Source of the DNA: Desulfuromonadales bacterium | Lineage (GTDB): Bacteria; Desulfobacterota; Desulfuromonadia; Desulfuromonadales; SZUA-540 | Direction of reading: 5' to 3' | DNA length: 64,000 nucleotides | NCBI GenBank assembly: GCA_033549025.1 | Contig: JAWSUS010000016.1 | Span: 1 to 64,000 of the forward strand | In this document: positions 1-9,132 of the stretch, piece by piece | Layout of the letters: every line of letters begins with the position of its first letter | Position numbering within the stretch: the first letter of the stretch is position 1 | Translations under genes and position numbers: made by a program | Notes under the pieces: generated by a model | The model's database searches: none | The model's input: the letters and a program-made list of their open reading frames with translations, nothing else | What the model was told of the DNA's origin: nothing

Positions 1-76
1 CGATCTAACGCCATACGAAAAGTTGCTGGATCATTTCTATGGCTTAAAAGTGTAAACAACGCGTTCAGATCTAACA
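1..76 (+). mobile_element. Right end of an IS481-family-like insertion sequence (transposase C-terminus <1..55 plus terminal repeat)
   Basis: Frame 2 reads DLTPYEKLLDHFYGLKV* (stop 53-55), resembling the '(G/D)xTPxE' tail of IS481/integrase-core transposases. It is AT-richer than the flank and is followed by TGTAAACAACGCGTTCAGATCTAACA, ending in ACA as IS481-type ends do. Confidence 0.6.
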
Positions 77-77
77 T

Positions 78-179
78 CTTAAGGAACTTCAGGCCCTGGC
101 TTCTTCTTCCTTCCAGACACTGCTGGCGGCGCGGCAGGTCCAGACCACCACCTTCGGAGCTCTTGCATGCGCGTTTTGA
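78..179 (+). pseudogene. 3' remnant of a YdjC/ChbG-like carbohydrate deacetylase gene interrupted by the IS
   Basis: LKELQALASSSFQTLLAARQVQTTTFGALACAF* resembles the YdjC C-terminus (..EL.AL.S......L......F..L). It has no start codon, abuts the IS end and overlaps the start of the next gene. Confidence 0.5.
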
Positions 180-1180
180 TCATCACCCCCCGACAGCCGC
201 AGGAAACTGGCAACGGCGTCACCGCTCGCCGCCACCAACTAACCCTTTCCCGCTCAGGCTGCCTGGTTGACATCCTTGAGGTCTGCCCCGACGAATCGGT
301 CGAAATCGACAAATTTGCCCTTTCCTTTCAGCCCGACCTCTATCATCTGCTGCATGCCTATCGTTCGGGAGCCCCCTTCCTGAATAGCGCCCAGCTCCAC
401 AAGCGTCCGTTTGTCGTCACCCTCACCGGCACCGATATCCACGAGGATATCCACCAGGCTGAAAAGGGCACAACGGTCAAGAGCGTTTTATCCCAGGCGG
501 CGGCCATCATCACCCAGAATCGGGTGACAGCGTCGACGTTCCCTCAGGATTTCCCCCAGTTTGCCTCTCGTCTTCAGTACATCCCCCCAGGCATCATCCT
601 GGGCAACGCTCCTTATGACCTGAGAAGCCAGCATGGTATTCCTGCGGACTGCATTCTCTTCCTGCATCCGGCCAGCATCCGCCCGGTCAAACAAAACCGC
701 GAACTCTTGCACCTCTTCGACCGGCTGGCAACGGACCGCCATGATTTTATGGTCGTATTCTGTGGCCCGATCCTCGACTCCGACTATGGCGGGTCCTTTT
801 TAGATGAAGTCCAAAGTCGGCCGTGGGCCCATTATATCGGCACCATCCCTACGGCCAACATGCCTGCGGCCATCGCCTCGGCTGATGTCATCCTCAATCA
901 TTCACTCAATGAAGGCATGCCCAACGCCCTGATCGAGTCGGCCGTTATCGGGCGGCCCATCCTGGCCCGCGATATTCCAGGGAATGCCGCCTTCGTCAAC
1001 CACGGCCAAAACGGTCTGCTTTACCAGGATGCAGCGGGTTTTCTCCACCACGCCGGGGCCCTCTGCTCCTCCCGACAGTTTCGGCAACGCCTCAGCCAAC
1101 CCCACCCCGAAGCATACGATGCCGAGAACGAGGCCAGGCAACTCCACAATCTGTACAACCAGGTCCTTGCACGAAAGTGA
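167..1180 (+). CDS. GT4 family glycosyltransferase (SenB/GLT1D1-like subgroup)
   Basis: N-terminal GNGVTARR, LHAYRS and VTLTGTD motifs; C-terminal SLNEGMPNALIES...RDIPGN (GT-B E-x7-E). Confidence 0.85.
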   Translation: MRVLIITPRQPQETGNGVTARRHQLTLSRSGCLVDILEVCPDESVEIDKFALSFQPDLYHLLHAYRSGAPFLNSAQLHKRPFVVTLTGTDIHEDIHQAEKGTTVKSVLSQAAAIITQNRVTASTFPQDFPQFASRLQYIPPGIILGNAPYDLRSQHGIPADCILFLHPASIRPVKQNRELLHLFDRLATDRHDFMVVFCGPILDSDYGGSFLDEVQSRPWAHYIGTIPTANMPAAIASADVILNHSLNEGMPNALIESAVIGRPILARDIPGNAAFVNHGQNGLLYQDAAGFLHHAGALCSSRQFRQRLSQPHPEAYDAENEARQLHNLYNQVLARK

Positions 1181-1256
1181 AACCCAGCTGAACTGCCGGA
1201 GTGGTCTTTTTTTTGGGGGGGGGGAGAGCTCAAGGTGGGGGGATCACGGTGGCGGA

Positions 1257-2180
1257 CTACTTTTTTCGACTGCGGGGATGGGCTTTGTCATAGACGGACA
1301 TCAGATGGTCGACGCTGACCTGGGTGTACTTCTGCGTGGTGGACAGGGAGGCATGGCCGAGAAGTTCCTGAATAGCCCGCAGATCGGCGCCGCTATCGAG
1401 CAGGTGGGTGGCAAAGGAGTGACGCAGGGCATGAGGGGTGGCGTCCCGTAGGATGCCGGCCTGCAGAAGGTGTTTTTTCAGGTTGCGTTCGATGCTGCGG
1501 GAGGTCAGCCGCTTGCCGAAGCGGTTGAGAAAGAGAGGATCCAGATCCTTGAATGCCCCCCTGCTCTCCAGATAGTCATGGATCGCTTCCCGCGCTTTGC
1601 TACCGATGGGGACAATCCGCTCCTTCCTGCCTTTGCCGACAACGCGCACTATCCCTTCCACGAGGTCAACACTCCCCACATTCAGGGACTCCAACTCCCC
1701 CACACGCAAGCCGCAGGAATAGAGGGTTTCCAGAATGGCCCGGTCGCGCAGGGAGGCTCCCCCGCCGCGCTCCATGAGGGCGTAGGCTTCGTCGGCGGAC
1801 AAGGTTTGTGGCAGGTATTTCTCCTGGCGCGGCGTCGCCACCATTTCACCAGGATTGACCGAAACAACCCCTTCTCGCTGCAAAAATCGAAAGAAAGTCC
1901 TCAGAGCCGCCAATTTACGGGCGATAGAACTTTTGCGATGGGTCTTGTGCAGAAGGGCCAGATAGCGGCGCAGGACAACCTTGTTCACCGCAGAAACCCC
2001 GTGGTCCGAGCCTGCGCTTCCCTCCGCCAGGCCGGCCAGAAAGGCGAAAAAGTCCTTTACATCCTGCAGGTAGGCCCGCTGGGTGTGGGGCGAGACATTT
2101 CGCTCCACGGAAAGATGACGGGAAAATTGATCCAGCAACTCATCCACGACGGCAGACTCCCTTGAAAAGAGTTCAGCCAT
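1257..2180 (-). CDS. xerC: Tyrosine recombinase XerC
   Basis: RDRAILETLYSCGLRVGEL, GKGRKER, TPHALRHSFATHLL, QELLGHASLSTTQKYT and the YDKAHPR tail. Confidence 0.9.
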   Translation of the reverse strand: MAELFSRESAVVDELLDQFSRHLSVERNVSPHTQRAYLQDVKDFFAFLAGLAEGSAGSDHGVSAVNKVVLRRYLALLHKTHRKSSIARKLAALRTFFRFLQREGVVSVNPGEMVATPRQEKYLPQTLSADEAYALMERGGGASLRDRAILETLYSCGLRVGELESLNVGSVDLVEGIVRVVGKGRKERIVPIGSKAREAIHDYLESRGAFKDLDPLFLNRFGKRLTSRSIERNLKKHLLQAGILRDATPHALRHSFATHLLDSGADLRAIQELLGHASLSTTQKYTQVSVDHLMSVYDKAHPRSRKK

Positions 2181-2308
2181 CGTAACACAGGTGGTCCATG
2201 GCCGCGATCATTTCTACCCTTTCCGGCCTTATCCCCTTCAATATAAGATCTTTTGTGCGTTGACGCTTCACCAACGGGGTGTCATAATGTGCGCTGACTG
2301 GAGGAGAT

Positions 2309-3145
2309 ATGACCTTGTTCTGGCTGGTTTTTTCGGTTTATGTCGGCGCCATCGCCCTGATCGTGCTCCTGAGTTACGCTATCGCCCTCTATGAGGCCGC
2401 CAGCACCGACCCCCTGCTGGTTGAGCACCGTTTTGCGCCGGGCCAGATCTGGCTGGCCATTAAACTCATGGCGGCTGAGACTTTTTTTCTGGCGATTACG
2501 GTCATCCTTCACCCCCTCGGCTGGATTCCCTTCAAAGAGCAGACCCGCACGGGAAACCGCGAAACCCCGATCATCCTGCTTCACGGTCTCTTTCACAACC
2601 GGGCCTGCTGGCTCTGGATGAAGTTTCGCCTGCGCCGCAAAGGCTTCACCAATCTGATCACCATCAACCTGCCCCCCTGGAAGAACGTGGAGAGCCTGAC
2701 GGAGCGCGTGGTCACCAAGGTGGACGAACTCCGTGTAAAAGACGGCTTTGAACGCGTCCATCTGGTCGGTCACTCCATGGGAGGCATCATCGCCCGCAAC
2801 TATGTGCAGATACGGGGCGGCGCCAGCAAAGTGGAACGTTGCATTCTTCTGGGAGCCCCTAATCTCGGTTCCAAGCTGGCCCCCTTCGCCGTTTCGCAAC
2901 TTGGGCGTCAGTTGATGCCCGGTTCGGAATTTCTCAAGCGCCTTGCCCAGACCCCTCTGCCCAACGATGTTGCCATGGTCTCGATTTTCACCAGGCACGA
3001 CAATATGGTTCTGCCGCCGGCCAACGCCCGCCTGGACGGCGCCATCAATGAGGAAATTCACGGCATGGGCCACGCTTCGCTGCTTTACCACCCCCGCGCC
3101 ATCAACGCCGTGGTGGATGCCCTCACCAGGGAAAAACTCCCCTGA
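2309..3145 (+). CDS. Membrane-anchored alpha/beta hydrolase (lipase/esterase)
   Basis: Two N-terminal hydrophobic segments, LLHGL oxyanion motif, GHSMGG nucleophile elbow, D and GH catalytic residues. Confidence 0.85.
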   Translation: MTLFWLVFSVYVGAIALIVLLSYAIALYEAASTDPLLVEHRFAPGQIWLAIKLMAAETFFLAITVILHPLGWIPFKEQTRTGNRETPIILLHGLFHNRACWLWMKFRLRRKGFTNLITINLPPWKNVESLTERVVTKVDELRVKDGFERVHLVGHSMGGIIARNYVQIRGGASKVERCILLGAPNLGSKLAPFAVSQLGRQLMPGSEFLKRLAQTPLPNDVAMVSIFTRHDNMVLPPANARLDGAINEEIHGMGHASLLYHPRAINAVVDALTREKLP

Positions 3146-3188
3146 AAAAGTCCTTTCCGCCTTTTTTCCCACCGGTTCATTGCCGCCC

Positions 3189-4328
3189 ATGAAAACAACC
3201 GTATCTCTGCAGGCCGTCAACAGCTACGAGCGCCGGGAGGTGGGACGGGGCATTGTGACCCTTCTGGCACCCTTGGGGGGGATGGCCGCCTTCGTCAAGC
3301 CGGGACAGCGGGTTCTGATCAAGCCCAACATGCTTGCGGGTAAGCCGCCGGAAAAAGCTGTGACCACCCACCCGGAAGTGGTGCGGGCCGTCATTGGCCT
3401 GGTTTTAGAGGCCGGCGGCTATCCCCTGGTCGGGGATTCCCCCGGCGTCGGGACTCCCCGCCAGGTCGCCAAACGGTGCGGCATTCTGGCAGTGGTGGAA
3501 GAGATGGGAGCAGAGTTTGCCCCCTTTGCCGACTCCGTGCCGGCCCGCATCGGCAGCGGCACCTTTCAGGAGTTGCAGATTGCCCGCGATGTGGCGGAGG
3601 CGGATGTCGTCATCAATCTGCCCAAGCTGAAAACCCACCAGATGATGGGAATGACCGGCGCCGTCAAAAACCTGTTCGGCGCCGTGATCGGTATGCGCAA
3701 ACCAGGTCTGCACCTGCAGGCCGGGGAGGACAAAGCCCTCTTCGCCCGCATGCTACTCGAACTGGCCGCACACATCCGCCCTGCCCTGACTCTGGTAGAC
3801 GCCATCACCGCCATGGAGGGGGATGGCCCCGGCAGCGGCGACCCCGTTCACCTGGGCGTTCTGATGGCAGGAGCTGAACCGCTGGCGGTCGACCGGGTGG
3901 CGATGGACCTTCTAGGCCTGACGGCAGCCCAGGTGTGGACGCAGAAGGTGGCGCAGGAAAGTCACACCCCCTTCAGCCGCCTTGCCGAAATCGACCTCTT
4001 TGGCCCACCGCTTACAGACCTGCGAGCGAAGGCATTTCGTCCCGCCAAGACAACGGACGTGCATTTCGGGGTACCCCGCCTCCTCCACCGCCCCCTCAAG
4101 AAGGCCCTTTCCGCTCTGCCCTGCCCCGATCACCAAAAATGCCTTCGCTGCGGTCTTTGCGTCACCCACTGCCCGCCCGCCGCCATGGCTATCCGCAAGG
4201 GGAAACTGCACATCGACTACGCGAAGTGCATAGGTTGTTTCTGCTGTCAGGAACTCTGCCCCTATGGCGCAATCGACACGCGGCAGGGTCTTCTGCTGCG
4301 CCTGCTCGACTCTTTGACACGGCGCTGA
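3189..4328 (+). CDS. DUF362 domain protein with C-terminal 2x[4Fe-4S] ferredoxin
   Basis: VLIKPN, TTHPEVV and NLPKLKTH..MTGAVKNLFG; CLRCGLCVTHCP and CIGCFCCQELCP. Start placed at ATG 3189. Confidence 0.88.
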   Translation: MKTTVSLQAVNSYERREVGRGIVTLLAPLGGMAAFVKPGQRVLIKPNMLAGKPPEKAVTTHPEVVRAVIGLVLEAGGYPLVGDSPGVGTPRQVAKRCGILAVVEEMGAEFAPFADSVPARIGSGTFQELQIARDVAEADVVINLPKLKTHQMMGMTGAVKNLFGAVIGMRKPGLHLQAGEDKALFARMLLELAAHIRPALTLVDAITAMEGDGPGSGDPVHLGVLMAGAEPLAVDRVAMDLLGLTAAQVWTQKVAQESHTPFSRLAEIDLFGPPLTDLRAKAFRPAKTTDVHFGVPRLLHRPLKKALSALPCPDHQKCLRCGLCVTHCPPAAMAIRKGKLHIDYAKCIGCFCCQELCPYGAIDTRQGLLLRLLDSLTRR

Positions 4329-4337
4329 TCCCCTTTT

Positions 4338-5084
4338 TCAGGCAAACTGGCGCCACTGGGTGGCCAGCCGGGTCAGCTCGCGACCATCTTCCGCTTGAGT
4401 CAACTGGTGGATGAATGCGGGCTCGCCCTCCCCTTCCGTAGCCTTGACGCGGGAAAGAATGCGATCACCATAGGTGGCCGACGACCTGAAGGCGACCTCC
4501 AGGCTCGAAGGGCGGTAATGCAGGATGATGTCCTCGGGAACGGATTCCAGAGCCCAGGCGACATAGATGACGTTGTTGACGTGGCGGTTGATGTCCAGAT
4601 CGGCCATACGCACCCGGAAGGGAACTTCCTTTTCGGCCTGTTCGAGACGCGGCAACGAGAGAAACTCATCCTCAACGGCCCGGCGTTCAAGCACCGGATA
4701 ACCGGGGATGGCCTCTTCCAGACGCACCGTTCTCCCCGTTTTCAGACTGACCACCATCCACGAACTTGTCGCCATTGCCACCGGCTGCCCTTTCGAATCG
4801 GTCACCTGAAAGTCCCTGAGGGCAAAGCGGCCATGTCGTCCCGACGGCCAGGTCTCGACCCGGATTTTTTCTCCCACGGGTGGATAATCCACAATGTGGA
4901 CATGATAGCGGGAGAGAACCCAGGTCAGTCCCAGGCGAAACAGGCTGGTGACGGACAGCCCCAGCAGGCTGGCGTGATCACCGGCCGTATCCTGCAGATA
5001 ATTGAGCAGGGTTTGCGCGCGCATGCGCCCGGTCAGGTCGACCTCATAGGACCGAACCTGAAATTCCTTGGTAAAAGTATTCAT
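4338..5084 (-). CDS. Acyl-ACP thioesterase (double hotdog fold)
   Basis: VRSYEVD, LQDTAGDH, WVLSRY and DLDINRHVNNVIYVAW. Confidence 0.88.
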   Translation of the reverse strand: MNTFTKEFQVRSYEVDLTGRMRAQTLLNYLQDTAGDHASLLGLSVTSLFRLGLTWVLSRYHVHIVDYPPVGEKIRVETWPSGRHGRFALRDFQVTDSKGQPVAMATSSWMVVSLKTGRTVRLEEAIPGYPVLERRAVEDEFLSLPRLEQAEKEVPFRVRMADLDINRHVNNVIYVAWALESVPEDIILHYRPSSLEVAFRSSATYGDRILSRVKATEGEGEPAFIHQLTQAEDGRELTRLATQWRQFA

Positions 5085-5287
5085 GAGCGCTCTCACTTCT
5101 ATTCCGGGATACCCGACGCAAACGCCGGACTATCCGCCTCGGGTGATTTGTTACAGATCTGTTTCATTATAAAAATCATGGGACAAAAGGCCAGCAAAAA
5201 CCCGAGATTGTTTGACGGAGGATTGCCCCCGCGACGGATTTTTGCGATAGTAGTCCCTTGAATAATTCCTCGACAAGGAGTCTTCTT

Positions 5288-6094
5288 TTGGACTGGAAAC
5301 GATTTTTTGACCGCTTGGGCATGAACGGAACACGCTGGCAATGGCGGATGATGCGCTGGGAGCGCCAACTCAAGGGGGTCGCGCAGGGGCAGATTCCTGC
5401 CTCTGAATTCGTTTCCCTGACCAAGGTGTTGATCGCCGCCAATCTCATCCTGTTCAGCCTCATGGCGGTGCATGGTACTCTGCTCGGACAGGGGATGCGC
5501 GCCATCCTTTCACCCTCAACACAACTGCTGGTGCACTGGGGAGGGCAGTTCTGGCCGCTGGTTATCAACGAAGGGCAATGGTGGCGCTGCCTGACCTACG
5601 CCTTTACCCACGGCGGCCTCATCCATCTGGCGTTCAACATGGTAGTGCTCTACCAGATCGGCGGCCTGATCGAGGCTGAAATCGGCCTGGGCCGTACGCT
5701 GACTCTCTACACCTTTACTGCGTTGACGGCTACTCTGGCCGGATATTACTGGCACCCCATGGTGCCGGTGGTCGGTGCCTCCGGCTCCCTCTTCGGACTC
5801 ATCGGCTTCGCCGTGGTCTACTACCACCGTATGGGCGGCCCTCAGGGCATCCATGTTCGCAACTTCATGTTTCGCTGGGCGGTGTTCGCTTTCATCTTCG
5901 GCCTGATGGTCGGCGCAGACAACGCCGGGCATCTGGGCGGCGCCGCCGGCGGGGCGCTTATCGGTCTTTTTCTGCCGGTGGGGATGCGAGCCCGAAGAAC
6001 CCTGGCCCCCCTTTTCAATGCGCTGGCCTTAGCCAGCGCCGGCGCCATCGTCGTCAGCCTGGCCCTGCTGGCTGTTTCCATCCTTCGCAACTAA
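5288..6094 (+). CDS. Rhomboid family intramembrane serine protease
   Basis: WWR motif, HGGLIHLAFNM, GASG (catalytic Ser) and AGHLGG (catalytic His). TTG start after an AAGGAG RBS. Confidence 0.9.
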   Translation: MDWKRFFDRLGMNGTRWQWRMMRWERQLKGVAQGQIPASEFVSLTKVLIAANLILFSLMAVHGTLLGQGMRAILSPSTQLLVHWGGQFWPLVINEGQWWRCLTYAFTHGGLIHLAFNMVVLYQIGGLIEAEIGLGRTLTLYTFTALTATLAGYYWHPMVPVVGASGSLFGLIGFAVVYYHRMGGPQGIHVRNFMFRWAVFAFIFGLMVGADNAGHLGGAAGGALIGLFLPVGMRARRTLAPLFNALALASAGAIVVSLALLAVSILRN

Positions 6095-6109
6095 GGGACG
6101 GAGGTCTTC

Positions 6110-6595
6110 TTGGCTAAAGACAAACTCCCCGTCACCCCCGCCATCCGCCTGCTGCGCCAGCACAAGGTGCCTTTTAGCGGGCATCTCTACGCCTATGAGG
6201 AAAAAGGCGGCACCGCGGCCTCCTCCCGGGAACTGGGGGTGCCGGAACATCAGGTTATCAAAACCCTGATTATGGAGGATGAGAAGGGCTCGCCCCTGAT
6301 TGTCCTCATGCATGGCGACCGCCAGGTCTCCACCAAGGAACTGGCCCGCATCATCGGCGTCAAGACCATTTCCCCCTGTCCACCCGACACCGCCAACCGC
6401 CACAGTGGTTATCTCGTCGGTGGCACCTCGCCCTTCGGCACCCGCAGAGCCATGCCGGTCTACGTCGAAAAAACCATCCTGGATTTGCCGAAAATCTATC
6501 TCAACGGCGGCAAGCGCGGTTTTTTGGTGGAGATGGAGCCGCGCTGGCTGCTCTCATTACTGCAGGCCCGTCCCGTCGAGGTGGGCATCGCCTAA
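6110..6595 (+). CDS. ybaK: Cys-tRNA(Pro) deacylase YbaK
   Basis: TPAIRLL, VIKTL, GYLVGGTSPFG and NGGKRG. Confidence 0.88.
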   Translation: MAKDKLPVTPAIRLLRQHKVPFSGHLYAYEEKGGTAASSRELGVPEHQVIKTLIMEDEKGSPLIVLMHGDRQVSTKELARIIGVKTISPCPPDTANRHSGYLVGGTSPFGTRRAMPVYVEKTILDLPKIYLNGGKRGFLVEMEPRWLLSLLQARPVEVGIA

Positions 6596-6625
6596 ACTGA
6601 GACTCCAGCCAGAAAGGACTCCTGT

Positions 6626-7456
6626 ATGGATCTTTCCTCCACCTACCGTGAAGCGGCCTCTGTCTTGAGCGAGGCTGAGGCTCTGGTCATCACGGCCGGC
6701 GCCGGTATGGGCGTCGACTCTGGGCTCCCCGATTTTCGCGGCGATCACGGCTTCTGGAAAGCCTACCCCATGTACGCCCGCCTGGGGATCAATTTTATCG
6801 GCGCCGCCAATCCCGAGCATTTCGAACAGGATCCCGGCTTTGGCTGGGGTTTTTACGGCCATCGCACCAATCTCTACCGGGAGACCGTCCCTCATCACGG
6901 CTTTCACCTGCTGCAACGCTGGCAGAAACGTCTTGGGGGAGAATCCTTCGTGGTCACCTCCAATGTCGACGGTCAGTTTCAAAAGGCGGGTTTTCTCGAG
7001 GATCACATCCTGGAGGTACACGGCTCCATCCATCACCTGCAATGCCTCAAACCCTGCGCCATGGCAATCTGGCCAAACCACGAAACGATCCCCGTGGAGT
7101 TGACCACCATGCGGGCGGAGCACATCCCTCTTTGCCCCCGCTGCGGCAGCGTAGCCCGTCCCAACATTCTCATGTTCGGAGATTATTCCTGGCTCGCCAA
7201 CCGTAGCCATGCCCAGGAAGAGCGCTTCGACATTTTCCTGGGCCGCAACAGACAGCGGCGGCTGGTGGTGATCGAACTGGGAGCCGGTTCGGCGATACCG
7301 ACTATCCGCCACCTCAGTGAACGCCTCGGCCAGCGCCCGGGAGTGCGCGTCATTCGCATCAATCCGCGCGAAGCTCATATCGGTCCGCCCCACCTTTCGC
7401 TGCCGGTGGGAGCTCTGGAGGGTCTGACCGGGATCGACGCCTGCCTGCCAGCCTGA
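6626..7456 (+). CDS. Sir2-family NAD-dependent deacylase
   Basis: AGAGMGVDSGLPDFRG, TSNVDG, EVHGS, Zn ligands CLKPC/CPRC, RPNILMFGD. Confidence 0.9.
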   Translation: MDLSSTYREAASVLSEAEALVITAGAGMGVDSGLPDFRGDHGFWKAYPMYARLGINFIGAANPEHFEQDPGFGWGFYGHRTNLYRETVPHHGFHLLQRWQKRLGGESFVVTSNVDGQFQKAGFLEDHILEVHGSIHHLQCLKPCAMAIWPNHETIPVELTTMRAEHIPLCPRCGSVARPNILMFGDYSWLANRSHAQEERFDIFLGRNRQRRLVVIELGAGSAIPTIRHLSERLGQRPGVRVIRINPREAHIGPPHLSLPVGALEGLTGIDACLPA

Positions 7457-7467
7457 TAAGCCTCATC

Positions 7468-7476
7468 TGGTATAAT
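7468..7476 (+). promoter_or_regulatory. Extended -10 promoter (TGgTATAAT) upstream of pncB
   Basis: Exact TGnTATAAT about 30 nt before the ATG. Confidence 0.55.
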
Positions 7477-7507
7477 GGATGCGACCTTTTCCAAATGCGG
7501 AGGATCC

Positions 7508-8926
7508 ATGCGCTATCCGGCCCTGCTCACTGACCTTTATGAATTGACCATGCTGGCCGGCTATTTTGATGAAGGCATGCACGACACCCCGGCCACTTTT
7601 GACCTCTTTTTTCGGGAAGCCCCTTTTAAAGGGAGCTACGCCGTCTTTGCCGGCCTCGAGCCGGCCCTCGATTACCTGGCCAATCTTCATTTTCGGGAAG
7701 ACGAACTCGCCTATCTACGCAGTCTGCATATCTTCAAGCCGGCCTTTCTGGATTTTCTCAAAAACTTCCGATTTCGCGGCAAAGTCATCGCACCGCCGGA
7801 GGGGACAGTGGTTTTTCCCAACGAGCCCCTGCTGACGGTAGAAGGAAGGCTGGCCGAAGCCCAGTTCGTCGAAACCGCCCTGCTCAACATCATCAACTTC
7901 CAGACCCTGGTCGCCACCAAAGCCGCTCGCATCAGCGTGGCCGCCCAGGACGGCGTCGTCCTTGAATTCGGCCTGCGCCGCGCCCAAGGGCCGGATGGCG
8001 GGCTCAGTGCCGCCCGTGCCGCCTACATCGGCGGCGTTCACAGCACCAGCAACGTCCAGGCCGGGCAGCTTTTCGGGATACCCGTCAAGGGGACTCATGC
8101 CCATAGCTGGGTGATGGCCTTTCCGGATGAACTGAGCGCATTCAGAGCCTATGCCGCGTCTTTTCCCGACAGTTGCGTCCTGCTGGTCGACACCTACGAC
8201 ACCCTGAAAAGCGGCCTGCCCAATGCCCTCATCGTTGCTAAGGAACTGCGCGAAAAGGGACACCAGATGCTCGGGGTCCGCCTCGACTCGGGTGACCTGG
8301 CCTACTTGAGCAAGGCGGCCCGCCGCATGTTTGACGAGGCGGGCTTTCCCGAGTTGAAGGTCGTCGCTTCCAACGAACTGGACGAATACCTCATCCGCTC
8401 CATTCGCGACGAGGGAGGCAAGATCGATATCTATGGCGTCGGCACCAAGCTGGCCACCTGTGCCGGCGAAGGGGGCGGCGCGCTCGGCGGCGTCTACAAG
8501 CTGGTGCGCCTGGCAGACCAGCCCAGGCTCAAGATCACCAGCGATATCGCCAAGGCGACCCTGCCGGACCGCAAGCACCTGTGGCGCGCCGTGGACGCGC
8601 AGGGCAACTTTGTCATGGACATCATTGCCCGTGAAGAAGAGCGCTTAAAACCGGGGCAAGAAGTCTATGACCCCACGAACCCGGCCCGACACAAAACGAT
8701 CGCGGAGAACATTGCTTTGGAGAGTCTGCGCCAGACCGTCATGGACGCGGGACAGATTTGTCACAGCCCAGAATCCCTGGACCGACTCTCCGACCGCTGC
8801 GCCGACCAGCTCCATCGCCTGCCGGAAGGCTCTCTGCGGTTGTTCAACCCCCATCGCTACAAGGTCTCCATCAGCCCCCAGCTTCACGAGTTGAGAAGCC
8901 GTCTCATGAAGACTTACCAGGACTAA
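7508..8926 (+). CDS. pncB: Nicotinate phosphoribosyltransferase
   Basis: [31 protein letters not shown] and GVRLDSGD. Confidence 0.93.
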   Translation: MRYPALLTDLYELTMLAGYFDEGMHDTPATFDLFFREAPFKGSYAVFAGLEPALDYLANLHFREDELAYLRSLHIFKPAFLDFLKNFRFRGKVIAPPEGTVVFPNEPLLTVEGRLAEAQFVETALLNIINFQTLVATKAARISVAAQDGVVLEFGLRRAQGPDGGLSAARAAYIGGVHSTSNVQAGQLFGIPVKGTHAHSWVMAFPDELSAFRAYAASFPDSCVLLVDTYDTLKSGLPNALIVAKELREKGHQMLGVRLDSGDLAYLSKAARRMFDEAGFPELKVVASNELDEYLIRSIRDEGGKIDIYGVGTKLATCAGEGGGALGGVYKLVRLADQPRLKITSDIAKATLPDRKHLWRAVDAQGNFVMDIIAREEERLKPGQEVYDPTNPARHKTIAENIALESLRQTVMDAGQICHSPESLDRLSDRCADQLHRLPEGSLRLFNPHRYKVSISPQLHELRSRLMKTYQD

Positions 8927-9056
8927 ATCTCTATTACCCGCTTTGCGCCAGGCGCTGTCGAAAAACCGACCGGACCTTCGCGCCTTCCTGTCAGAAATCC
9001 GTCTTACGTCACCCCTTAGCAGGCGATTAGCCTCGACATCCGCCTTTTAATCACGC

Positions 9057-9072
9057 GGGCACGTTTAGTGCA
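9057..9072 (+). promoter_or_regulatory. Sigma54 (-24/-12) promoter
   Basis: GGGCACGTTTAGTGCA gives GG-N10-GC spacing, about 60 nt upstream of the TraF-like gene. Confidence 0.6.
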
Positions 9073-9132
9073 ATGGGGTTAGAATCTTTTCTTCGACCCT
9101 AAAGGGAGACACTTACCTCCAAGGAGAACGCA

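Noticed and set aside
1207..1224. T8-G10 homopolymer run as a phase-variation tract
   Set aside because: It lies between two convergent 3' ends, outside any ORF or promoter, so slippage should have no effect.
1257..2180. Tyrosine recombinase as a prophage or island integrase
   Set aside because: It has XerC-type length and HPR tail, host codon usage, and no att repeats or cargo genes.
6626..7456. Sir2 gene as an anti-phage defence effector
   Set aside because: It is a classical Zn-binding sirtuin in housekeeping context, with no Argonaute, HerA or ThsB-type partner.
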